Part shown: piece by piece, positions 29,704 to 38,032 of the stretch
How the letters are laid out: every line of letters starts with the position of its first letter
How positions within the stretch are numbered: position 1 is the first letter of the stretch
DNA from: Spirochaetia bacterium
Lineage (GTDB): Bacteria; Spirochaetota; Spirochaetia; CAKZLE01
Direction: 5' to 3'
Length of the DNA: 64,000 nucleotides
Assembly: GCA_963677595.1 (NCBI GenBank)
Contig: OY782041.1
Location: 3,488,001 to 3,552,000 of the forward strand
Made by a program: the position numbers and the translations under genes
The notes under the pieces: generated by a model
Databases searched by the model: none
Seen by the model: only the letters and a program-made list of their open reading frames with translations
Told to the model about the DNA's origin: nothing

Positions 29704-30479
29704 GGACTCACGTCCGCAAGCGGATCCAGCGGATCGGGTGGATACTCTTCTTCCTGGCCATCTGGGAGGTCATCGCCAAGACGGGAATGGTCTCCGAGCT
29801 GATCCTCCCGCCCCTGGAAGATATCATCGGGGCATTCTTCGGCGACCTCATCCACGGGACTCTACTCCTGCGCATAGGAGTGTCACTAGCCGTCGTCGCC
29901 GCAGGACTGGTCATCGGGACCCTCATCGCAGCTCTCCTCTCGATCCTCTCCTACAGCTCACCGCTCGTTGCCAGCGGCGTGGAGGCCCTGACCTCGATCG
30001 CCCATCCGCTGCCCGGGATCGCGCTGCTCCCGCTGGTGATCCTCTTCTTCGGGACCGGGACCGCCTCGATCCTCATGATCGTCATCCATGCCGTGCTCTG
30101 GCCGATGGTGATCAACTTCAATGCCGGGTTCTCCTCGGTGAAGCAGACCTATATCGACCTGGGAAGGAACTATGAGTACGGGCGGATGGGGATCATCCGC
30201 CACATCCTGATCCCGAGTTCCTGGATCTATGTGGTAGCCGGCCTGCGGATCGCCTGGGCCCGTTCTTGGAGGGCTGTGATCAGTGCAGAGATGGTCTTCG
30301 GGGTCATCGGTGCCTACGGGGGGCTCGGCTGGTATATCTTCAACAAGCGTGTCTTCATGGATACTCCGGGCATGTATGCCGGTCTCCTCGTGCTCATCAT
30401 CATAGGGCTCGTCATTGAGGATACGGCCTTCGATTCACTCGAGAAGCGCGTACGCCATAACGCCGGGGGTCCCAGATGA
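29700..30479 (+). CDS. ABC importer permease (SsuC/TauC class)
   Basis: PLPGIALLPL and GLRIAWARSWRAVISAEM. Confidence 0.88.
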   Translation: MRTHVRKRIQRIGWILFFLAIWEVIAKTGMVSELILPPLEDIIGAFFGDLIHGTLLLRIGVSLAVVAAGLVIGTLIAALLSILSYSSPLVASGVEALTSIAHPLPGIALLPLVILFFGTGTASILMIVIHAVLWPMVINFNAGFSSVKQTYIDLGRNYEYGRMGIIRHILIPSSWIYVVAGLRIAWARSWRAVISAEMVFGVIGAYGGLGWYIFNKRVFMDTPGMYAGLLVLIIIGLVIEDTAFDSLEKRVRHNAGGPR

Positions 30480-31228
30480 GTACGATGGTCTGCTTCGAGG
30501 GGGTTTCCTTCAGTTACTGTACGGAAGGTAACAAAAACCAGGTCTTCTCGGGTCTGGACCTCTCCATCCCTGCGGGTGAGTTCACCTGCATCCTCGGGAA
30601 TTCCGGCTGTGGGAAGAGCACCCTGCTGCGGCTTGCCGCGGGTTTCGAGGTACAGGATCTCGGGACCATTCTCATCGACGGGAAAGCGGTCACCTCCCCG
30701 GGTATGGACCGTGCCATGGTTTTCCAGGAGTTCGACCAGCTCCTCCCGTGGAAGACGGTATATGAGAATATTGCATTCCCGCTTCACAAACGGTTCCCTG
30801 CTATGGGCAAAGGAGCTATGAAGGAGTATATCATGGACTCCCTGGCTATGACCTCGATGGAGGGGTACTCCGGCCTCTATCCCCATGAACTCTCAGGGGG
30901 CATGAAGCAGCGGGTAGCCCTGTCCAGGGCGCTTGCCGTGAAGCCGAAGGTGCTTCTGATGGATGAACCCTTCGCCAGCCTGGACCCGAAGGGCCGTGCT
31001 GCCCAGCAGCAGCTGGTCCTGAAGCTCTGGAAAGAGACAGGACTCACAGTCCTCTTCGTCACCCATGATGTCACCGAGGCGGTGCTCCTCTCCGATGTGG
31101 TGTACCTCATGGAAGGGGAGAGGGCAGGGAAGCTCTCACGGTATGAGAACCTGCTCCCACGGCCGAGGGACCGGGAACAGGAAGGGTTCAGGGAGTTCTG
31201 CGAGACGGTCCATACCGCTTACAGTTAA
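30476..31228 (+). CDS. ABC importer ATPase (SsuB/TauB class)
   Basis: GNSGCGKS, LLPWKTV, LSGGMKQR and LMDEPF. Confidence 0.9.
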   Translation: MSTMVCFEGVSFSYCTEGNKNQVFSGLDLSIPAGEFTCILGNSGCGKSTLLRLAAGFEVQDLGTILIDGKAVTSPGMDRAMVFQEFDQLLPWKTVYENIAFPLHKRFPAMGKGAMKEYIMDSLAMTSMEGYSGLYPHELSGGMKQRVALSRALAVKPKVLLMDEPFASLDPKGRAAQQQLVLKLWKETGLTVLFVTHDVTEAVLLSDVVYLMEGERAGKLSRYENLLPRPRDREQEGFREFCETVHTAYS

Positions 31229-32802
31229 TCGCGGATCTGGTAGATCCTGACGGACCACGGCTCATCAGCCTGGAAGCGCACGATCCTCATCGCGTAGGTT
31301 GGGCTCGTGAACTCCAAGACCAGGTCGCAGGATTGTTCCAGGAACTCCTGCATTTCTTCATACTGCAGTGAAATATTCCCGTAGACGACATTCCATACAG
31401 GCCGATGCTCATAGATGAAATCGATCTCATCAGGGTAGATGATATAGCTGATCCCCCGATCGGTGACATACTCTGAGAAGGAGATCCCCTCCCGGTAGGC
31501 AGGTTCCAGGTTCCTCCAGTCATAGAGCTCCCCGACCTCGAAGGCATACTCCGTGTTGAGGTTCCCCAGCACGACCGACCCGTCGGGGATGGCGGAGGAG
31601 ATCTCTTCCAGGTAGGCTTCATATTTTGAGTCTGTTTTGGTCACCTGCCGTATCTCGAGAAAGGAGTTCACTGCTGAGAGTAGGATGAGCGCCATCATCA
31701 ACAGGAGGTCAAACCGCACTGATCGTTTCAGTCGCTGTATGAGGAGCATGAGCAGCAGGAGGCTGAACGGCAGAAAGAGGATCACTGAGGGCTGCCCGTA
31801 CCTGCCGATGAGGATGAATCCTCCATGCATGGCCAGCAGTGCGGATAGGATCGGCAGGGTTTCCCTGCGGAAGCCCCTGCTGAAGATGGCCATGAGCACA
31901 GCAGCCAGGGAAGCCGTCCCATAGATGATGAGCTGTCCCTTGACCGGCGGGGTGTAGTAGGTCCCGCTGATCTGGTCAAACAGTTTTCTGTAGAAGTCAG
32001 GATAGCGACTTATCTTCGTGAATACAGATTCCCCGACCCCGAGGGTCTCGCCGTAGGCGGGGTAGGTGGAGAGGAAGTCATGGTTGATAATAAGGCTCAG
32101 GAGCAACAAACAGAGGACCGTCACTGCCATCGATAGGTAGGAGGTGAGCAGGGTCCGTTTCTTGTCTGGGAACAGGAAGAGGGTAAGGACTGCATACATG
32201 ATGCAGATCAGGGCCCCGTTGGGATGGATCCCGACAGAAAGGCCTGCCAGTATCCCGGTCAGGACCCGGTAGGATACGGAGACTTCCCGGTCTCTCTTCC
32301 GTACCGTGAGCCAGGTGACGAGAAGCAAGACGAGCACGAGCATCATCTCCTGCCGTGCGAAGTGGCTGATGTAGATGAACTCGATGTCAGCGGAGAGCAT
32401 GATCATGCCGGTAAGCGAGAGCCAGGGCCCGAGCCTGAAGGATCGCAGGAGAGCATAGAAGAGCAGTAGGGAGCCCGTGCCGCAGATGAGCGAGACCATG
32501 CGGACGGTGATGACCGAGTAGCCGAAGAGCGAGATCGCTGCCGCCTGTACCAGGTGGAAGATGACCTTGAGCGCATGGGGAGCACGGAAGTAGGTGTCGA
32601 AGAAGGGCTCGGTCACCCCGATATCGCCGGTGGTGAGGATGTACCTGCTCAGCCCGCTGAGCCAAGACTCATCGGAGTGGATGAAGGGGTAGGAGCTGAC
32701 CGTCAGGGTCTGGACGAAGAACCATACAGCACCATAGATGAGGACGAGCAGCAGTGAGATACGGTTCTTTCGTGTATCTAGGTCAGGTATGTTTTGTTTC
32801 AC
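31225..32802 (-). CDS. GT-C fold membrane glycosyltransferase (ArnT/PMT_2-like)
   Basis: First loop HSDESW (DE motif), ARQE and HPNG motifs, about 11 TM segments and a soluble C-terminal domain. Confidence 0.8.
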   Translation of the reverse strand: MKQNIPDLDTRKNRISLLLVLIYGAVWFFVQTLTVSSYPFIHSDESWLSGLSRYILTTGDIGVTEPFFDTYFRAPHALKVIFHLVQAAAISLFGYSVITVRMVSLICGTGSLLLFYALLRSFRLGPWLSLTGMIMLSADIEFIYISHFARQEMMLVLVLLLVTWLTVRKRDREVSVSYRVLTGILAGLSVGIHPNGALICIMYAVLTLFLFPDKKRTLLTSYLSMAVTVLCLLLLSLIINHDFLSTYPAYGETLGVGESVFTKISRYPDFYRKLFDQISGTYYTPPVKGQLIIYGTASLAAVLMAIFSRGFRRETLPILSALLAMHGGFILIGRYGQPSVILFLPFSLLLLMLLIQRLKRSVRFDLLLMMALILLSAVNSFLEIRQVTKTDSKYEAYLEEISSAIPDGSVVLGNLNTEYAFEVGELYDWRNLEPAYREGISFSEYVTDRGISYIIYPDEIDFIYEHRPVWNVVYGNISLQYEEMQEFLEQSCDLVLEFTSPTYAMRIVRFQADEPWSVRIYQIRD

Positions 32803-32835
32803 TTGGGTAGAAGTATACCATTAACAGGTAGGGAT

Positions 32836-33717
32836 GAGAAAGCACCCCGCAGGGTTTTTCACCCGGTGTCAGGTGATCCCATGGACATGCTCAAGGTTCC
32901 TGATCAGCCGTGAGACGAAGCGTGCAGCCGGGGCCCCATCGATGATATCATGGTCGAAGAGGATGGTGAGGTGGAGGATGTCGCGTATGGCGACTTCATC
33001 CCCCACGACCCAGGGTTTCCGGTTGATCGATCCGATCCCGAAGCAGATGTTGTGGATGCTCTTGGGGATGATCCAGCCGGAGATGTTCCCCATGCTGCCT
33101 ACATTGGTGATGATCGTGGTGCCCATCATGGCTTTCCGCTGGAATGGGTTCCTGAGCAGCATCTCCATGACCAGTACCCGGATTCGCTTGGGAAGCCTGT
33201 AGTAGATCCTCTGCCCCCGGTATGCCTTCTCATCGAGCACGAAGTCCTTCTCTTCGGTAACTTCGATGCCTTTGAACCCCTCGATCTCATCGAAGAGCTG
33301 TTCGATGGTCTTCGTATTCACCGCATCGATCTTTGCTACTAGGGGCACGAGCTCATCCCGGTACCGCTTCTCGACCATGATCGATATATCGACATCGGCA
33401 AAGGAGATGATTCGCTTCCTGCCGTGGAACATCCCCTGGACCTGGGGATCCTGGGCGATCGTGTCCCCGATGCACTTGATGATCCAGGTATTGAAGCTGA
33501 TCTTCCCGCCAGCCCTGATCCTCTCCTTGACGGCCTTTCTCGCATCCGTGATGTCGACCTCGACGAGCCCCGCGATATGGTGCTTCTTCCTGCCGATCAC
33601 CCCGACATCGAAGGTGGCAAAGCGTGAGATGGGGATCTCCCTCCCCTGGTATTCATCCATGATAAGCTCCTCACCTCATATGATAGTACAATTCACGGGC
33701 AAGAGAAAGCACCCCGC
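32836..33717. repeat. 15-bp direct repeat GAGAAAGCACCCCGC (32836-32850 and 33703-33717) flanking the E2-like gene
   Basis: Exact copies seen on both sides of the gene. The right copy is one arm of the sulfur-operon terminator. Confidence 0.7.
32869..33660 (-). CDS. Stand-alone 2-oxoacid dehydrogenase E2-like acyltransferase catalytic domain
   Basis: GTTIITNVGSMG and LFDHDIIDGAPAARF (DHxxxDG). No lipoyl or E3-binding domain. Confidence 0.85.
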   Translation of the reverse strand: MDEYQGREIPISRFATFDVGVIGRKKHHIAGLVEVDITDARKAVKERIRAGGKISFNTWIIKCIGDTIAQDPQVQGMFHGRKRIISFADVDISIMVEKRYRDELVPLVAKIDAVNTKTIEQLFDEIEGFKGIEVTEEKDFVLDEKAYRGQRIYYRLPKRIRVLVMEMLLRNPFQRKAMMGTTIITNVGSMGNISGWIIPKSIHNICFGIGSINRKPWVVGDEVAIRDILHLTILFDHDIIDGAPAARFVSRLIRNLEHVHGIT

Positions 33718-33731
33718 GGCTGCGGGGTGCT
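33701..33731 (-). terminator. Intrinsic terminator of the sulfur-relay operon
   Basis: On the minus strand: AGCACCCCGC-agcc-GCGGGGTGCT then TTCTCTT. Confidence 0.7.
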
Positions 33732-33765
33732 AAAACAATCATTCGGAAGTTAGCCTATCAGGTGC

Positions 33766-34749
33766 TTACTGGACGACGGGGAATCCCTCGTTTGCCCAGC
33801 CGTTGACGCTGGCAGGAGTACCCATGCCGCTCTTGATCGAAGCTGCATCGTAGCCGAGGAGCTTCATGATCGCAACAGTCTGGCCTGCAGTCTGTCCGCT
33901 GTAGCAGTAGACGAAGAGCTGCTGGTCCTTCGGGAGCTGAGCGAAGCTCTCCTGCATGCCGGTTCCCCAGGGGATGTTGATCGCGCCTTCGATATGGCCT
34001 GAGGCATAGGCGTCAGCCTGTCGGATGGAAACGACGACGATCTCGCCCTCTGATGCATCGAGCATCTCTTTCGCAGCTGCAGAAGAGATGATGTTGTTCT
34101 TGGTGTTGGGGTCAGCAGCGAGGTTGGCATAGTAATCTACGATAGCTGCCTCGATAGCCGGGTCGATCTTGGTCCCGAGGTCGTCAAGGAAGTTCGGGGT
34201 AGTCTCGATAGCTTCTTCATAACCTTCGACCTTCGAGATTCCGAGGGTATACCCGTAACGTACTGACTTTGCCTGGATACCAGCCACGTTCAGCAGTGCA
34301 ACGGTCTGGCCTGCAGTCTGCCCGGTGTAGCAGTAGACATATACTGGGACATCAGTCGGGAGCTGGCTCATGGCTGCAGGAATGTCAGTAGCGTTCCAGG
34401 GAACGTTGACAGCGCCCTTGACATGGCCTTCTGCATAGACGTCCGGCTGTCGGATGTCGACGATGACGAGGTCTTCACCGGCTTTCACTTTCTCGAGGAA
34501 CGCATCCTGTGCGATCATGTTGTTGTCATCTGCCTTCGGGTTGAAGTAGGCCATGGCAGCCTCTTCAACGGGATCAGCCTCAGGTTCCGGTGCCGGCTCT
34601 GCGGCTGCAGGCGCTGCCTCCACCTTCGCGGCGGGAGCTGCAGCAGTCGTTGTCGCCGCTGGTGCAGCCTCTTCCTTGGCACAGCCGATAAAGCTGACAG
34701 CCAGGATCATGGTAAGCAGTACGATGCTTATCAGTCTGATTTTTTTCAT
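33766..34749 (-). CDS. Tandem rhodanese lipoprotein with two catalytic Cys (RdlA-like)
   Basis: Lipobox SFIGC, Ala/Pro linker, and two repeats ending YCYTGQTAGQ and YCYSGQTAGQ. Start at ATG 34749 after AAGGAG. Confidence 0.85.
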   Translation of the reverse strand: MKKIRLISIVLLTMILAVSFIGCAKEEAAPAATTTAAAPAAKVEAAPAAAEPAPEPEADPVEEAAMAYFNPKADDNNMIAQDAFLEKVKAGEDLVIVDIRQPDVYAEGHVKGAVNVPWNATDIPAAMSQLPTDVPVYVYCYTGQTAGQTVALLNVAGIQAKSVRYGYTLGISKVEGYEEAIETTPNFLDDLGTKIDPAIEAAIVDYYANLAADPNTKNNIISSAAAKEMLDASEGEIVVVSIRQADAYASGHIEGAINIPWGTGMQESFAQLPKDQQLFVYCYSGQTAGQTVAIMKLLGYDAASIKSGMGTPASVNGWANEGFPVVQ

Positions 34750-34785
34750 TAGAACTCTCCTTCTCACTTCTTCTATACTCAACGC

Positions 34786-35694
34786 CTAGGATGCATCCTG
34801 GACGATTGATACGTTCTCTTTCTCCACCGGGAGCTGGATCGGCCTGCTGCCGTCCAGGATCCACTCAAGCCATGCGCCGTCATAGAGTTTCAGGTTCCGG
34901 TAGCCGGCATTGTAGAGGGCGAGGAATGTCTGGGCACCCCTGATCGAGGTCTTGCAGTACATGATCGCCGTGTCGTCGGTCCGTACACCTGCTTCCTTGT
35001 AGATGATCCGGATATCCTGGATCTTCCGGAAGGTGCCGTCCGCATAGTCGTTCCCCACGTAGTTGAGGTGGATCGAGGAGGGGATGGTCCCCGCGTCGAA
35101 CTCCTCATCGGTCCGCGTGTCGATCAGGAACACATCATCTTTCGGGTCATTGACCTGGGCGAGCACCTCGGCAGTGGTCGCGATCAGGGCAGTGTTCTTG
35201 GCTGCAGCCTTGAACGTCGCCGGTGATGCGGTAGCCGGAGTGGTAGAGACGGCGAAGCCTGCTCGTACCATCTCCTGGAGCCCCCCGCTGACGACCTTGA
35301 CGTTCTCATGGCCGTAGACGAGGAAGGTCCACCAGAGACGGGCAGCATCCATATTGTTGTTGTCATCGTAGATGACCACCTGGGTGCTGTTGCTGATGCC
35401 GCGGGATCCGAAGACTGCCTCGATCGTCGAGGCGTCTGCGAGCATGTTCACGACGAGGTCCTTCTTGACGATGTCGTTCCGCTGGATGTTCACCGCACCG
35501 TCGATATGCTCCTTGGCGTAGTTCGATGCAGTCTGTGCATCCACGAGGACGACACCCGAGGTGCCGACAAGCTTCGCAGCTTCCTTGCCGTCGATGATGA
35601 CCGTCCCCGATTCCTCATAACTGCCGCAGCTGATGAAGAGCAGCGCAGTCATCACCACGAGAGCAGCTGTGGTTAGGTATAATCTCTTTCTCAT
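34786..35694 (-). CDS. SseA/TST-type two-domain sulfurtransferase lipoprotein
   Basis: Lipobox FISC, AARLWW, active site MYCKTSIRG and LYDGAWLEW. Confidence 0.88.
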   Translation of the reverse strand: MRKRLYLTTAALVVMTALLFISCGSYEESGTVIIDGKEAAKLVGTSGVVLVDAQTASNYAKEHIDGAVNIQRNDIVKKDLVVNMLADASTIEAVFGSRGISNSTQVVIYDDNNNMDAARLWWTFLVYGHENVKVVSGGLQEMVRAGFAVSTTPATASPATFKAAAKNTALIATTAEVLAQVNDPKDDVFLIDTRTDEEFDAGTIPSSIHLNYVGNDYADGTFRKIQDIRIIYKEAGVRTDDTAIMYCKTSIRGAQTFLALYNAGYRNLKLYDGAWLEWILDGSRPIQLPVEKENVSIVQDAS

Positions 35695-35708
35695 GAGAAC
35701 TCCTCTCC

Positions 35709-36932
35709 CTACAGGTAGGCTTCAAGCGCTGTCTGTGAGAAATCGTCGGTGAGGACATCCACGATAGCCCCGTCTTTTACGACGGCGACGCTCGGGAAGG
35801 TCGTTATGCCCATCCGGTCTGACAGGCCCTTTGACTTATAGACATCGACCTTGCAGAAGCTGATCTTCCCTTCGGTAGCGTTCTCGACAGCCTCGATCTC
35901 GAGCAGTTTGTTCTGGCAGTTCGGGCAGGAGGCGTCATAGACATAGACGAAGTGGTTCTTCGCAAGGATCTGTGAGTTGTACTGCTCGGTCTCCGCGATA
36001 TAGCGCTCAGCGGCATAGCCTGCGACCGCACCGTCGCCGACTGCGGTGGATACCTGCTTCAGGAACTTCTCGGTCACGTCACCGGCAGCGAAGACACCGT
36101 CTACGTTGGTCTCCATCTTCTCGTTGACGAGTACGTATCCCCTGTCGGTCATATCGATGATGCCCTTGAAGATCTCGGTGTTCGGGATATACCCGATGAA
36201 CTCGAAACAGGTGTCGACGTCCACAGAGACCTCTTCGCCGTTACGCAGGTCGGTGAGGACTACCTTGTTCAACCGCTCCTCGGTTCCCTCGAAACGCTTG
36301 CAGACAGTGTTCCAGATGAACTCCATCTTGGGGTTCTCCAAGGCTTCAGCCTTGGCGATCTCGTTGCAGTCCATCTTGCCGTTCTCATGCATGACTGACA
36401 CGATGACCTTGTTGGCGAACTTGGTGAGGAACATGCCTTCCTCGATGGCTGCATCACCGGAACCGATGACCATGACGTCCTTTCCGGTGTTGGCTGCTGC
36501 GTCACAGGTGGCACAGAAGGAGATCCCCTTGTCGAAGAGGAACTGCTCCTCATTCTCTGCCTTGGTGATCCTTGGCCGTCCGCCTGAGGCGATGACGACG
36601 GTCTTCGCCTTGTAGGTGGTCCTGAATGTCTCGACGGTCTTCACCGGACCGTTGAGGTCTACCGACTTCACGTCAGTCCCCTTGAACTTGACGCCGAACT
36701 TCTTAGCCTGTTTCTGGAACAGCTCCATGAGTCCGAGACCCGTGGTACCTTCCGGGAAACCGGGGTAGTTCTCGATCTCGTTGGTATAGGTGGCGAGGCC
36801 GCCGACCAGTGATTTCTCGATCAGGATCGTCTTCAGTCGAGCCCGTCCTGCATAGATCCCGGCAGTGAGGCCTGCAGCCCCGCCGCCGATGATCACTACA
36901 TCATATTCTTCGATCTTCTTTTCTCTTGCCAT
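35709..36932 (-). CDS. trxB: Thioredoxin reductase with a fused C-terminal thioredoxin-like domain
   Basis: GGGAAG, ENYPGF, redox CATC and FAAGDV, plus a ~90-aa extension with CPNC and FPS (cis-Pro). Confidence 0.88.
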   Translation of the reverse strand: MAREKKIEEYDVVIIGGGAAGLTAGIYAGRARLKTILIEKSLVGGLATYTNEIENYPGFPEGTTGLGLMELFQKQAKKFGVKFKGTDVKSVDLNGPVKTVETFRTTYKAKTVVIASGGRPRITKAENEEQFLFDKGISFCATCDAAANTGKDVMVIGSGDAAIEEGMFLTKFANKVIVSVMHENGKMDCNEIAKAEALENPKMEFIWNTVCKRFEGTEERLNKVVLTDLRNGEEVSVDVDTCFEFIGYIPNTEIFKGIIDMTDRGYVLVNEKMETNVDGVFAAGDVTEKFLKQVSTAVGDGAVAGYAAERYIAETEQYNSQILAKNHFVYVYDASCPNCQNKLLEIEAVENATEGKISFCKVDVYKSKGLSDRMGITTFPSVAVVKDGAIVDVLTDDFSQTALEAYL

Positions 36933-36953
36933 GATATCTTTACTCCATTTATC

Positions 36954-37487
36954 CTACATGAAAAACTTGACCAGCAGCTTGCTGCCCACATACGCCCCAG
37001 CGAAGAGGAATACTGCGTAGACCCATCCTGAGAGTGAGAGGGAAGCGATACCGCTGTAGAGGGCGCCGATATTACAGCCAAAGCCGATACGTGCGCCATA
37101 GCCCATCAGGAGACCACCGAGGATCGCTGCGACTACTTGCCTGATAGCCTTGACCTTCTTGATCTTGAACTGGCAGGCTGCCAGTGATGCGAACAGGGCA
37201 CCGATGATGATGCCGATGTTCCTCATGGAACCGCCGTGCTGGAACAGACCGCCCTCGAGGGTGCGTTGTGCACCTTCTGATGCGAAGTAGTACCACTTGT
37301 CGACTGAACCGCCGACCAGTTCGTACAGCCATGCACCCCAGTAGGCCAGTACCCCGGAGACTCCCCATGGACTCCCCGTGATTGCCAGGGTCACGATCTG
37401 GAAGATCGAGAGGAGGACTGCACCGGTGACATACGGCCAGGCATCCTTGAACCATGCTTTATAGTGTTCGTTCTTTCTAATATCCAT
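36954..37487 (-). CDS. YeeE/YedE sulfur-transporter C-terminal half
   Basis: PWGVSG and GGLLMGYGARIGFGCNIGA (conserved Cys). Confidence 0.88.
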   Translation of the reverse strand: MDIRKNEHYKAWFKDAWPYVTGAVLLSIFQIVTLAITGSPWGVSGVLAYWGAWLYELVGGSVDKWYYFASEGAQRTLEGGLFQHGGSMRNIGIIIGALFASLAACQFKIKKVKAIRQVVAAILGGLLMGYGARIGFGCNIGALYSGIASLSLSGWVYAVFLFAGAYVGSKLLVKFFM

Positions 37488-37511
37488 ACTGGAACCTTCT
37501 CCCGGTATTCG

Positions 37512-37739
37512 CTATTTCATCTTCTCGATGATGACTTCCCACTCACCGTCGTCGACTTCATCGAGCTCGACGTTGTGACCCTGCTTCCGTGCCCACTCGG
37601 GGACGTTCTTCATGGCGCAGCTGTGATCGATCTGGACGATGAGGACATCGCCTACATTGAGTTTCTCGAGTTCTTTCTCTGCCTTGATCAGTGGTACTGG
37701 GCAAGCTTCCCCTAAACAATCCAATTCATATTCTGCCAT
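37512..37739 (-). CDS. TusA/YeeD-family sulfur carrier, copy 2
   Basis: MAEYELDCLGEACPVP (CPxP), 75 aa, own AGGAG SD. Confidence 0.92.
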   Translation of the reverse strand: MAEYELDCLGEACPVPLIKAEKELEKLNVGDVLIVQIDHSCAMKNVPEWARKQGHNVELDEVDDGEWEVIIEKMK

Positions 37740-37777
37740 GGTATTTCTCCTAATTATTTCGTATGTGTTTTTTCTGC

Positions 37778-38005
37778 TTATTTCATCTTCTCGATGATGA
37801 CTTCCCACTCGCCGTCGTCGACTTCGTCGAGCTCGACGTTGTGGCCCTGCTTCCGTGCCCACTCGGGGACGTTCTTCATAGCGCAGCTGTGGTCGATCTG
37901 GACGATGAGGACATCGCCAATATTGAGTTTCTCAAGTTCTTTCTCAGCCTTGATCAGTGGTACGGGGCAAGCTTCCCCTAAACAATCCAATTCATATTCT
38001 GCCAT
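37778..38005 (-). CDS. TusA/YeeD-family sulfur carrier, copy 1
   Basis: Same 75-aa protein except I/V at residue 29. AAGGAG SD. Confidence 0.92.
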   Translation of the reverse strand: MAEYELDCLGEACPVPLIKAEKELEKLNIGDVLIVQIDHSCAMKNVPEWARKQGHNVELDEVDDGEWEVIIEKMK

Positions 38006-38032
38006 AGTTCTACTCCTTGTTGATTACCTGTA

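Larger units (their letters stand above)
37512..38005 (-). repeat. Tandem duplication of the tusA-like gene (2 x 228 bp, 266-bp period)
   Basis: Manual alignment shows 11 nt differences in 228. Confidence 0.92.

Noticed and set aside
34553-34680. GCA/GCT-rich low-complexity stretch
   Set aside because: It simply encodes the Ala/Pro/Glu linker of the rhodanese lipoprotein and is not an independent repeat element.
37512-37862. 116-aa ORF with an Arg-rich N-terminal extension on TusA
   Set aside because: The extension is an out-of-frame reading of the upstream tusA copy. The true start is ATG 37739 with its own SD.
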